In this document: in pieces, positions 51,972-61,977 of the stretch | How positions within the stretch are numbered: position 1 is the first letter of the stretch | How the letters are laid out: the number at the start of each line of letters is the position of its first letter | NCBI GenBank assembly: GCA_002773415.1 | Contig: PFBD01000022.1 | Span: forward strand, 735 to 62,711 | DNA: 61,977 nt | Reading direction: 5' to 3' | From: Candidatus Harrisonbacteria bacterium CG10_big_fil_rev_8_21_14_0_10_49_15 | Lineage (GTDB): Bacteria > Patescibacteriota > Minisyncoccia > UBA6257 > 1-14-0-10-44-23 | The notes under the pieces: model-generated | The model's database searches: none | The model's input: only the letters and a program-made list of their open reading frames with translations | What the model was told of the DNA's origin: nothing | Translations under genes and position numbers: made by a program

Positions 51972-52475
51972 ATGGAGGAAGTACTAGGAAAAATAGGGTT
52001 TGACTGGAAGCTGGCGATCGTAAATTTCGTCAATGTCTTTTTGATTTTCTTGGTGCTCAAAAAGTGGGCTTTTGGCCCCATCGCCCGCATTATTGAGCAA
52101 CGCAAAGACGAAGTTGAAGCCAGTTTGGCCGCCGCGCAAAACGCAGAGGCGCAGAAGCTGGCCGCTGAGGCCGAGCGCCAAACAGTTCTCGGGAGCGCCC
52201 GCACCGACGCTCAGGCTTTAATAGAGCGAGCCGAAGGCGAAAGCAAAGGCATCGTGGATGCGGGAAGAGCCAAGGCGCTCAAAGAGCACGAGGAGATCTT
52301 ACGCAGGGCAGAGGAGCAGATCCGGTCCAGTCAGAAAACCTCCATGGACCAAGTCCGTGCTCACGCCGCGACTCTTATTGCGAGTGGCGTTAAAAAGATC
52401 TTAGCAGAGGAAGTAGATGCTAAAGTTGATGAGCGTATTATTAAGCGCGCCGCCTCTGCCGTTAAAGAGTTATGA
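51972..52475 (+). CDS. atpF: F0 ATP synthase subunit b
   Basis: N-terminal TM followed by a long charged helix. Operon position supports the call. Confidence 0.85.
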   Translation: MEEVLGKIGFDWKLAIVNFVNVFLIFLVLKKWAFGPIARIIEQRKDEVEASLAAAQNAEAQKLAAEAERQTVLGSARTDAQALIERAEGESKGIVDAGRAKALKEHEEILRRAEEQIRSSQKTSMDQVRAHAATLIASGVKKILAEEVDAKVDERIIKRAASAVKEL

Positions 52476-52855
52476 TCACTGCCAAGCAACTTGCCAAAAC
52501 TTTGCTGCAGATGAGCGAAGAAGAAGTGGACCGACAAAAGGTTATGCAACAATTTTTCGCGTTTATGGAGCGCTACCACCTGGAAGGTCTGCTTCCGAAC
52601 GTTGCAGGGGAGCTGGAATCTGCCGAGCGTGAGCGCATTCTAGCTGTTGCGCTTCACATCACCACCGCCCATCCTCTTACCCCTGCCGAAGAAGCCAACA
52701 TCCGAATGTCGATTGGTGCCAAAGACGCACCGCTCATAGCAACTCTAGACAAGGAGCTATTCGGCGGCTTCCGAGCGCGGTACCGGGGCATGGAGTACGA
52801 AGGCTCGCTCGGACACACAGCCGGGAAATTAGAGAAAAAGTTAATGGAAGAGTAA
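52472..52855 (+). CDS. atpH: F1 ATP synthase subunit delta (short, 127 aa)
   Basis: Lies between atpF and atpA with a 4-nt overlap to atpF. C-terminal GGFRARYRGMEYEGSL resembles the OSCP end. Confidence 0.7.
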   Translation: MITAKQLAKTLLQMSEEEVDRQKVMQQFFAFMERYHLEGLLPNVAGELESAERERILAVALHITTAHPLTPAEEANIRMSIGAKDAPLIATLDKELFGGFRARYRGMEYEGSLGHTAGKLEKKLMEE

Positions 52856-52863
52856 AAAGAAAA

Positions 52864-52987
52864 ATTTTCAATTTACGAATTTTCAATTCCTGCCTGCCGG
52901 CAGGCAGGTTCAAACAATGAACTAATGGGCCAATATTTTAAACATTGAAAAAATTGAGAAATTAAAAATTGAAAATTAGAAATTAAT
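52864..52987. repeat. ~120-nt AT-rich MITE-like element upstream of atpA
   Basis: ttttcaatttacgaatttt...caaacaatgaa.taat...tttaaacattga.aaattgag...gaaaattagaaattaat. Paralogous to 54491-54610. This copy carries an extra CCTGCC palindrome at 52889-52908. Confidence 0.8.
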
Positions 52988-52993
52988 GAAATT

Positions 52994-54490
52994 ATGAGCA
53001 GTGTAGATCAAATCATCGCCGGTATTAAAAAGAAAATTGAAACCCTGGAAACCGGTGTTTCCAAGCAAGAGGTCGGCACGGTCGTGGAGACCGGCGACGG
53101 CATTGCCCGCATGAGCGGCCTGGCCGGAGTTCAGTCCGGCGAAATGTTGACCTTCGCTAGCGGCGCCATGGGTATTGCTCTAAACCTGGAGTCCGACACA
53201 GTCGGCGCTATTATTTTAGGTGACGCTGCCGAGGTGGGCGAGGGCGACACGGTCAAGCGTACCGGCAAGGTGCTTCAGATCCCTGTTGGCGATGCTATTT
53301 TGGGCCGCATGGTAGACCCGCTTATGAATCCGCTTGACGCAAAAGGGCCGATTGCCGCGGACAAAGACATGTATATTGAGCGCAAGGCTCCGGGCGTCAT
53401 GGCTCGTGAACCTGTGAATCAGCCGCTCCAGACCGGTATCAAGGCCATTGACGCGCTCACGCCAGTTGGCCGTGGTCAGCGAGAGCTCATCATCGGTGAC
53501 CGCCAGACCGGTAAAACCACTGTTGCCATGGACACAATTCTGGCCCAAAAGGGGACCGGTATTAAATGTGTTTACGTGGCCATTGGTCAGAAAAAGAGTA
53601 AGGTCGCCCGCATCACTGCCAAGCTGGAAGAGGCCGGCGCACTGGAGTATACGACTATTGTGCTTGCCGGTAGCTCTGAGAGCGCGGCACTTTCTTACCT
53701 TGCTCCATACGCAGGCGCGGCTGTCGCCGAGTACTTTATGGACAAAGGCCAAGACACCCTGGTTATCTACGACGACCTGTCTAAGCACGCCGTGGCCTAC
53801 CGCGAGATCTCTCTACTACTTCGCCGCCCGCCGGGCCGTGAAGCCTATCCGGGTGACGTCTTTTACCTGCACTCTCGTCTGCTGGAGCGCTCCTGCCGCC
53901 GGAATGAAAAAGCCGGTGGTGGCTCTATGACGGCCCTGCCAATTATTGAGACCCAAGCAGGTGACCTTTCCGCCTATATTCCGACTAACGTCATTTCCAT
54001 CACCGACGGTCAGATCTTTTTAGAGACCAATCTGTTTTACAAGGGCATCCGCCCGGCCGTTAATGCTGGTCTGTCTGTCTCTCGGGTTGGTGGTACTGCT
54101 CAGATAAAGTCCATGAAAAAGATCGCCGGTAAGGTGAAGTTGGAGCTCGCTCAGTTCCGCGAGCTGGAGAGCTTTTCTCAGTTTGCTTCTGACCTAGACG
54201 CCGACACCAAAGCTAAGTTAGACAGAGGCGCCCGCATCACCGAGGGTTTAAAACAAGCGCAGAACAAGCCGCTCCCAGCCAGCCAACAGGCCGCCTGGAT
54301 CTACTTCCTAACCAGTGGCGCCGCCGACAAGCTCGCGCTCGCTGACATTGGCGCCACCGAGCAAAAGTGGTACCAGTATCTGACAGCCTCCAAAAAAGAA
54401 CTGCTTAAAGGCATGAGCGAGACCTGGGACGAGAAGCTGGAGAACGAGCTTAAGCAAGCGATCAAGGAGTTCCAACAAATGCAAGGTTAA
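52994..54490 (+). CDS. atpA: F1 ATP synthase subunit alpha
   Basis: GDRQTGKT Walker A; 498 aa. Confidence 0.95.
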   Translation: MSSVDQIIAGIKKKIETLETGVSKQEVGTVVETGDGIARMSGLAGVQSGEMLTFASGAMGIALNLESDTVGAIILGDAAEVGEGDTVKRTGKVLQIPVGDAILGRMVDPLMNPLDAKGPIAADKDMYIERKAPGVMAREPVNQPLQTGIKAIDALTPVGRGQRELIIGDRQTGKTTVAMDTILAQKGTGIKCVYVAIGQKKSKVARITAKLEEAGALEYTTIVLAGSSESAALSYLAPYAGAAVAEYFMDKGQDTLVIYDDLSKHAVAYREISLLLRRPPGREAYPGDVFYLHSRLLERSCRRNEKAGGGSMTALPIIETQAGDLSAYIPTNVISITDGQIFLETNLFYKGIRPAVNAGLSVSRVGGTAQIKSMKKIAGKVKLELAQFRELESFSQFASDLDADTKAKLDRGARITEGLKQAQNKPLPASQQAAWIYFLTSGAADKLALADIGATEQKWYQYLTASKKELLKGMSETWDEKLENELKQAIKEFQQMQG

Positions 54491-54610
54491 TTTTCAATTT
54501 ACGAATTTTTAATTTTCAAACAATGAATTAATTCTCTAATGTTTTAAACATTGATAAATTGAGGCATTGGAAATTGTTTAGAAATTAGAAATTGAAAATT
54601 AGAAATTAAT
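54491..54610. repeat. ~120-nt AT-rich MITE-like element downstream of atpA
   Basis: Same termini and internal words as 52864-52987. Confidence 0.8.
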
Positions 54611-54615
54611 CTAAT

Positions 54616-56954
<2,339 letters not shown>

Positions 56955-56955
56955 C

Positions 56956-57207
56956 ATGAGTACGCTGGATCTTAAAATAGTAACTCCAGACGGCGTCCAG
57001 TTCTCGCAAGAAGTAGAGAGCGCGACCATCCCGACCAGCTCCGGGCAAATTACCGTACTGCCAAAACACAGTCCGCTCGTCTCCGAGCTTAAACAAGGAA
57101 AGCTCCTTGTGCGCACCGGCAACAAGGTAGATGAGTTTGATATTACAAGCGGCGTCCTTGAAGTTCGCCGCTCCGGAGCTGTCATCATCCTAACCGACTC
57201 CGTCTGA
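56956..57207 (+). CDS. atpC: F1 ATP synthase subunit epsilon (beta-sandwich domain only, 83 aa)
   Basis: LKIVTPDGVQF...GQITVLPKHSPL. The C-terminal helical hairpin is absent. Confidence 0.85.
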   Translation: MSTLDLKIVTPDGVQFSQEVESATIPTSSGQITVLPKHSPLVSELKQGKLLVRTGNKVDEFDITSGVLEVRRSGAVIILTDSV

Positions 57208-57232
57208 GAAGCTACTAAAATGATTGGTAGCT

Positions 57233-57736
57233 TCACTGCGCTAGCAGGAAAGGTGCCACACTCGTTTGAATAGTCTTACTAGCCGCCTCGTCCGGATTAT
57301 TCGTGTTATTTGAAACTGTAAGCGTTATCTGGACAACTGTGCTGTCCTCATCTGTAAGAAGGTCAAATTCAAGATAATCAACCCTGATCTGATCAGTAGA
57401 AAGAGGCGCAGCCGACTCACCGTTTTCCGCCACCGTTATTACACTGCCATCAAGGGCAATGGTGGTCGATGTTCCGGGGAAGCTGGCCGGTTCGTATATC
57501 AAAGAATCAACACCACCGCTATTGATAATCTCTGCGTCATTTATTCGCTGACGCAAAGCACCAACCAAGAAGTTCAACTCGCGAGTCACTTTTGTGGAGC
57601 CACTCTGGTCTCCCTGAACACGAGTCACAGTTATCAAAATAGCGCCAAACATGCCAACAATAATAGCCGTCAGCGCCGTATAAATAAGCAGCTCTATCAG
57701 AGTAAACCCTTGTTGTGATTTAAGATTATTTGTCAT
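57233..57736 (-). CDS. Type IV pilin-like / pseudopilin protein
   Basis: Prepilin N-terminal motif QQGFTLIELLIYTALTAIIVG. Confidence 0.85.
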   Translation of the reverse strand: MTNNLKSQQGFTLIELLIYTALTAIIVGMFGAILITVTRVQGDQSGSTKVTRELNFLVGALRQRINDAEIINSGGVDSLIYEPASFPGTSTTIALDGSVITVAENGESAAPLSTDQIRVDYLEFDLLTDEDSTVVQITLTVSNNTNNPDEAASKTIQTSVAPFLLAQ

Positions 57737-57776
57737 CCTAATTCCCTAATCTTCTAATCTCCCAATTTCCTAACTA

Positions 57777-58469
57777 TTATACAGCGGACGGATCAAACAA
57801 CATAATTATAGCCGTTTTTCCCATGATCGCCAGGTCTAGCCAAAGGGACTTATGCTGAGCATAGTAGCCATCGTGCTCCAGCTCCTCGCTAAAAGGAAGA
57901 CTAGAGGCGCCGTTTATCTGCGACAGACCTGTAATTCCCGCCCTCTCACGAGTTAAAAACTTAAACTCATCCGGGTACTGCGCAACCTCCTGCAACTCAT
58001 GCGGGCGCGGGCCGACCACTGAAAGCTCACCACGTAGGACATTGATAAACTGCGGAACCTCGTCTAATCTAAAGCGTCGAATAATCCGGCCAGCCCGAGT
58101 AACGCGCGGGTCGTGAGTCATCTTAAAGAAGGGTCCATCACCCCGTTCGTTTAAATGGCGTAACCGTTTTTTCTGCGTGTGCGCGCCGGCTACCATGGTC
58201 CGAAATTTATACAAACCGATAATAGACCCACCACTCACTCTTGGGAGTTTTACCAATACCGGCCCGCGTGAGTCCAGCTTGATGACCAAGGTAAAAAGAG
58301 GATATAAAATAGCGAAAAAAGACAAACCGCCCAGGCTGATTACAACATCCAGTATTCGCTTCGTCGCGCCCGTTCCATAGGAGTGCCTCCTAGCCGGCGC
58401 AAAAGAAAAAGCAGTCTCAACTGATGGTGGTGCGAATGAGATTTCCCCAGAGTTAGCCCTTTTTGGCAT
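57777..58469 (-). CDS. Polyprenyl-phosphate sugar phosphotransferase (bacterial sugar transferase family)
   Basis: KFRTM...DPRVTRAGRIIRRFRLDEVPQFINVLRGELSVVGPRP. Confidence 0.88.
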   Translation of the reverse strand: MPKRANSGEISFAPPSVETAFSFAPARRHSYGTGATKRILDVVISLGGLSFFAILYPLFTLVIKLDSRGPVLVKLPRVSGGSIIGLYKFRTMVAGAHTQKKRLRHLNERGDGPFFKMTHDPRVTRAGRIIRRFRLDEVPQFINVLRGELSVVGPRPHELQEVAQYPDEFKFLTRERAGITGLSQINGASSLPFSEELEHDGYYAQHKSLWLDLAIMGKTAIIMLFDPSAV

Positions 58470-58557
58470 ACCTTTATTCTAACACGATAATACGTTAGAG
58501 TTGTTAACATAGTTGTAGAAAATTGCTCTAATTATTCTAATTTACCTAATTGCTCTA

Positions 58558-59706
58558 ATGCGAATTGCTTTAGTTCACGATTACTTGAACCAGCTTGGCG
58601 GCGGCGAACGCGTGCTTAGCGTATTAATGGAGATGTTTCCAGACGCACCTGTTTTTACGCCGCTTCACGACCCTGTTAAGACCAATAACCGCTTCTCCGG
58701 TCGCATCCGCGGCACCAGTTTTTTAGACTTTCAGTTTGCCCGCGACCACCATCGCTTATTTATTCCATTCATGCCGCTGGCCGCCCGCTCCATTAACCTT
58801 GGCTCGGATTTTGATCTGATAATCTCCGACACCGCCGGCTTTGCCAAGGGCATCAGTTACAACTCTAAAACCACCAAGCATCTTTCCTATATCCACACAC
58901 CGCTTCGTTACGCCTGGGAGACTGAAACCTATTTTGATAACAGCCCCAAGAATCTAGCCATGAAGATCTTCGCCGCGCCCGCCTTTGCCTATGTGCGCCA
59001 CTGGGACTACAACGCCGGCCAGCGTCCGGACTTACTTTTGGCAAACTCGCACTACATCGCCGAAAAAGTAAAAAACTACTACCACCGCGCCGCCGAAGTA
59101 GTCTACCCCCCCGTCGACCCGGAATTTTTCCGTCATGAATCCTTCCCCTCGAGTCATTCTGAGCGAAGCGAAGAATCCCGCAGCTACTATTTAGCCGCCG
59201 GCCGCCTTCTCCCATACAAACGCTTTGATCTGGTCATTGACGCGTTCGCTAAGCTAAACCTACCCCTCAAAATAGTCGGCTCCGGCCACGAGCGCGCCGC
59301 CCTAGAGCGCCTGAGCGAACTACGTACTAAGCACTACGGACTAAGTACTAATCCAATTGAATTTCTAGGCCAAGCATCCGAAACGCAACTTCGCGATCTA
59401 TACACAAACGCACGCGCACTAATAATGCCCAACGACGAAGATTTCGGTCTAGTCATGGCCGAGGCTCAGGCCTGCGGCACGCCCGTCATTGCCTACAACG
59501 CCGGCGGCGCCCGCGAAATAGTCACTCCGGAAACCGGCCTCTTATTCAACGAACAAACCCCGGAAAGCCTTGCCGCCGCCGTCCACCGTTTTGAAAAAAT
59601 GACCTTTGACCCCGCTATGATCCGTCATAGCGCCCGTCGCTTCACCCGCACAAATTTTGAAACCGGCATCCGGCAAGCAGTCAAGAAACTGCTTTCTGGT
59701 GCGTAG
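58558..59706 (+). CDS. Glycosyltransferase family 4
   Basis: MRIALVHDYLNQLGGGERV... and C-terminal EDFGLVMAEAQACGTPVIA. Carries two in-frame repeat insertions. Confidence 0.88.
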   Translation: MRIALVHDYLNQLGGGERVLSVLMEMFPDAPVFTPLHDPVKTNNRFSGRIRGTSFLDFQFARDHHRLFIPFMPLAARSINLGSDFDLIISDTAGFAKGISYNSKTTKHLSYIHTPLRYAWETETYFDNSPKNLAMKIFAAPAFAYVRHWDYNAGQRPDLLLANSHYIAEKVKNYYHRAAEVVYPPVDPEFFRHESFPSSHSERSEESRSYYLAAGRLLPYKRFDLVIDAFAKLNLPLKIVGSGHERAALERLSELRTKHYGLSTNPIEFLGQASETQLRDLYTNARALIMPNDEDFGLVMAEAQACGTPVIAYNAGGAREIVTPETGLLFNEQTPESLAAAVHRFEKMTFDPAMIRHSARRFTRTNFETGIRQAVKKLLSGA

Positions 59707-59949
59707 TACTCCCGCCTTGACTTGTCTCCGGCAAGGCAGGTAGTTCTTAGTACGTAGGCGCCACTAAATAAAAAGGTAAATAAAAGGGGACTGTCCCCTT
59801 TGTTATATTAATACAATATCTTTTTAATTAGCGGTCGCTAATTAAAAAGACAGGCCATAACCATAGCCATAAAACAATGAAAAGTAAAAAATTATCGCCT
59901 TCCAGTCAAACGCTTGCATAAAAACTCATAATCAGGTATATTCTATTCA

Positions 59950-60060
59950 TTACAAATCGTCCGGCTAGTTCGGGCAACCCCAGCGTCACGAGGGTAAAAT
60001 CGGGCGTAAACAATCGTTTTTCTTATTGTTTGCGCGCCGACAGGCGCGCATTATATTTTA
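59950..60060 (+). ncRNA. Candidate small RNA or structured leader upstream of rpsB
   Basis: TTGCAT (59914-59919), a 17-nt spacer, then TATATT (59937-59942). CGUCCGG...UCGGGCG closing stem around GGGCAACCCCAGCGUCACGAGGG. Hairpin aaacaat/attgttt. GC hairpin gcgcgcc-gaca-ggcgcgc (60032-60049) plus AUUAUAUUUUA. Confidence 0.35.
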
Positions 60061-60162
60061 AGCACCAAATCACAAGCATCAAGCACCAAATAAATTTCAA
60101 ATTTAGAATTTCGAAACTTGGAACTTATTTGGAATTTGGATATTGTTATTTGTCATTTGATA
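60060..60162. repeat. ~100-nt AAGCACCAAAT... element upstream of rpsB
   Basis: Paralog of 19558-19653, with shared AAGCACCAAAT repeats, AAATAAAT core, CTTATTTGGAATTTGGA and TGTCATTTG end. Confidence 0.8.
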
Positions 60163-60169
60163 CAAAAAT

Positions 60170-61039
60170 ATGGACGAAGTAAAAACAGACGTAGAGACAG
60201 CCGCCCACAATGTGGGCGAGCCTCGCTCATCTTCAGATGAGCGGGAGGTTGCAGAAACCACGGAGGCAACTGAAGCGGATGCTCCAGATGCTGTAGCTGA
60301 CTTGCCGGAGATCCAAGAGATGGCCAAGGCCGGTATTTTGTTTGGCCGGAAACGCTCCGTCACTCACCCAAAGATGCGCAAGTATGTGTTCACCACGCGC
60401 ACCGGGTTTGAAATTATTGACCTAGAGAAGACCAAGACTCAAATAGCCAAAGCCGAAGAGTTCTTGCGCGAAGTCGCCGGCACCGGACAGTCCGTTCTAT
60501 TTGTCGGCACACGACCAGAGGCGCGCGATCTGGTGAAGGCCGCAGCCGAAGAGTTTAATTTTCCGTTTGTCACTCAGCGTTGGCTTGGCGGTACGCTGAC
60601 CAACTTCGATTCTATCAGCACTCGCATAAACTACTACATCAAGTTGAAAGAAGACCAAGCCGGAGGCAAACTTGATAAATACAAGAAGAAAGAGCGAGTG
60701 GCCATGGAAAAAGAAGCAGAGCGCATGGACCGCTTGTTTGGCGGCCTGGAGCGTTTGGAGAGATTGCCAGCCGCGCTTATCGTCGTTAGTGCCGACGCGC
60801 ACGACACTGCTATTCGCGAGGCCAAGATCAAGAACATCCCCGTAATAGTGATCGCCAACACCAGCGCAAACCCGGATATGATCGACTACGTTATCCCCGC
60901 CAATGACACAAGTCGTGCTAGTATTACTTATATACTCGCAAAGCTGACCACGGCCATCAAAGAAGGCAAGGCTAAAGTGCCTGCTAAGGTAGCTGCTCCG
61001 GAAAAGAAAGAAGGCCCTGCGAACGAAGCAGTTGAATAG
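60170..61039 (+). CDS. rpsB: 30S ribosomal protein S2 with acidic N-terminal extension
   Basis: GILFGRKRSVTHPKM...FVTQRWLGGTLTN. About 45 extra acidic residues at the N-terminus. Confidence 0.92.
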   Translation: MDEVKTDVETAAHNVGEPRSSSDEREVAETTEATEADAPDAVADLPEIQEMAKAGILFGRKRSVTHPKMRKYVFTTRTGFEIIDLEKTKTQIAKAEEFLREVAGTGQSVLFVGTRPEARDLVKAAAEEFNFPFVTQRWLGGTLTNFDSISTRINYYIKLKEDQAGGKLDKYKKKERVAMEKEAERMDRLFGGLERLERLPAALIVVSADAHDTAIREAKIKNIPVIVIANTSANPDMIDYVIPANDTSRASITYILAKLTTAIKEGKAKVPAKVAAPEKKEGPANEAVE

Positions 61040-61077
61040 ACCTCTCATTCTAAAATCTAACTTCTTACTTCTATCCT

Positions 61078-61521
61078 ATGAGTGCACAAGACGTAGCAAA
61101 ACTTCGCCAAGAGACCGGCGCCGGCATCTTGGACTGTAAAAAGGCCCTGGAAGAAGCGGCTGGCGACTTTGCCAAGGCAAGGGAAATAATCACAGTTAAG
61201 GGACTGCTCAAAGCCGATAAAAAAGGAGATCGCGAAACCGGTGCCGGCCACCTGGAAGCCTACATTCACGGCGGCCGAGTCGGTGTCTTGCTAGAGATTC
61301 GTGCCGAGACAGACTTTGTTACCCGCAACGAATCGTTTAAGGACTGCGCCCGAAACGTCGCCATGCATATCGCCGCTGTTGCTCCGGAGTCAATTGAAGA
61401 CCTGCTTACCCAACCGTATGTCCGAGAGCCGGACATCAACGTGGAGGCCTACATCAAAAATACAATAGCCAAAGTGGGGGAGAACATCCAAGTTTCCCGA
61501 TTTACACGCTACGAAGTATAA
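61078..61521 (+). CDS. tsf: Elongation factor Ts (short form, 147 aa)
   Basis: VAKLRQETGAGILDCKKALEEA UBA-like N-terminus...ETDFVTRNE. Position after rpsB supports the call. Confidence 0.88.
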   Translation: MSAQDVAKLRQETGAGILDCKKALEEAAGDFAKAREIITVKGLLKADKKGDRETGAGHLEAYIHGGRVGVLLEIRAETDFVTRNESFKDCARNVAMHIAAVAPESIEDLLTQPYVREPDINVEAYIKNTIAKVGENIQVSRFTRYEV

Positions 61522-61530
61522 TAAAGGCCA

Positions 61531-61902
61531 ATGCTAGATTTTGTTATTCAAATGGCCTTCATGGCCAGCCTAGCCGTGATAGTCTATATGCTCGCGCGTG
61601 CCATGCCGCGCGTGGCTGAGCAGTTCTGGGAAGAGGATCAGCCTAAAAGTTCGCTTGATCGCTTTTTGGAGCGCATTCCGCTTGAGCGAATAGATATCGC
61701 CCTGCACCAGATTCTGATAAAGATGCTTCGCAAGAGCAAGATAGTCATTCTAAAGATAGACAACGCCATTAACGAATACCTGGAGCAGCTGAAAAAGAAG
61801 TCCGGTTCTTCCGGGCACAAAGAACATATGGACCTGCTCAGCGGCAATGGTAATGGGAAAGAGCTACCGCCAGAAGATCCGGAGGAGTTGAAAGAGGAGT
61901 AA
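61531..61902 (+). CDS. Hypothetical membrane-anchored protein
   Basis: 123 aa. N-terminal TM MAFMASLAVIVYMLA and a charged C-terminus. Confidence 0.55.
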   Translation: MLDFVIQMAFMASLAVIVYMLARAMPRVAEQFWEEDQPKSSLDRFLERIPLERIDIALHQILIKMLRKSKIVILKIDNAINEYLEQLKKKSGSSGHKEHMDLLSGNGNGKELPPEDPEELKEE

Positions 61903-61926
61903 AAGTGCGCTAAAATTTGCAACATT

Positions 61927-61977
61927 GGGCAGATGGCGGAGTGGTCAATCGCATCGCGCTGTAGACGCGACGGCTTA
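61927..61977 (+). tRNA. tRNA-Tyr (GTA), 3' part cut by window edge
   Basis: GGGCAGA-TG-GCG-GAGTGGTCAAT-CGC-A-TCGCG-CTGTAGA-CGCGA, then the start of a long variable arm. Bacterial Tyr-type D loop. Position 37 is G, which is unusual. Confidence 0.7.

Noticed and set aside
53216-53788. Long antisense or overlapping ORFs in the track inside well-supported genes. Examples: 53216-53788(-) in atpA, 1324-1779(-), 3157-3543(-), 13033-13419(-), 38384-39076(-), 46145-46573(-), 60497-61048(-).
   Set aside because: They lie opposite or out of frame to ORFs with clear family motifs. They have no recognisable motifs themselves and low-complexity or odd composition. Treated as shadow ORFs.
59958-60006. NAD+ (nadA-type) or guanidine or preQ1 riboswitch upstream of rpsB.
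   Set aside because: Only a CAACCCC heptamer recalls the ACANCCCC bulge of the nadA motif. The tandem-domain architecture is absent and the gene context (rpsB) does not fit. The ACGA/GGG elements do not match the guanidine or preQ1 consensus as far as I can recall.

Overview
61,977-bp chromosomal fragment. By gene content it looks like a reduced-genome Patescibacteria/CPR (Parcubacteria-like) bacterium; this is inference only, no searches were run. Most genes are on the + strand. The core includes pepA, efp, mnmA, a split comEC, aspS, ndk, lepA, murB, hpf, secA, ribE-ribH, glmS, a complete F1Fo atp operon, rpsB-tsf and a partial tRNA-Tyr at the right edge. There is also a cluster of nucleotide house-cleaning enzymes (three NUDIX, RdgB/HAM1, an EEP nuclease) and envelope genes (pilin-like, sugar transferase, GT4). 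The stand-out accessory region is about 1.9-18.8 kb. It holds five tandem divergent paralogs of a ~590-aa cysteine-rich double-zinc-ribbon protein that I cannot place in any family. An ArsR regulator flanked by 26-nt perfect direct repeats interrupts the array. Three orphan copies of the paralog 3' terminus follow it, interleaved with a soluble TraD/VirD4-like ATPase, a hicB/hicA-like pair and a relB/dinJ antitoxin. A RelE/ParE-type TA pair sits upstream and a second TraD-like ATPase sits further downstream. Other notable features: (1) many families of short palindromic, MITE-like repeats fill nearly every intergenic spacer and also occur in frame inside mnmA, lepA, secA and a glycosyltransferase; (2) one locus is a Russian-doll nest of these elements; (3) four small stretches that look GC-richer by eye carry genes with strong Shine-Dalgarno sites, whereas native genes mostly have a -10-like hexamer 6-10 nt before the ATG and no SD (leaderless-looking); (4) three orphan promoter-to-terminator units look like structured small RNAs. 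No CRISPR array, rRNA, transposase or integrase was seen. Coordinates of repeats and hairpins were derived by hand. GC statements are by eye.
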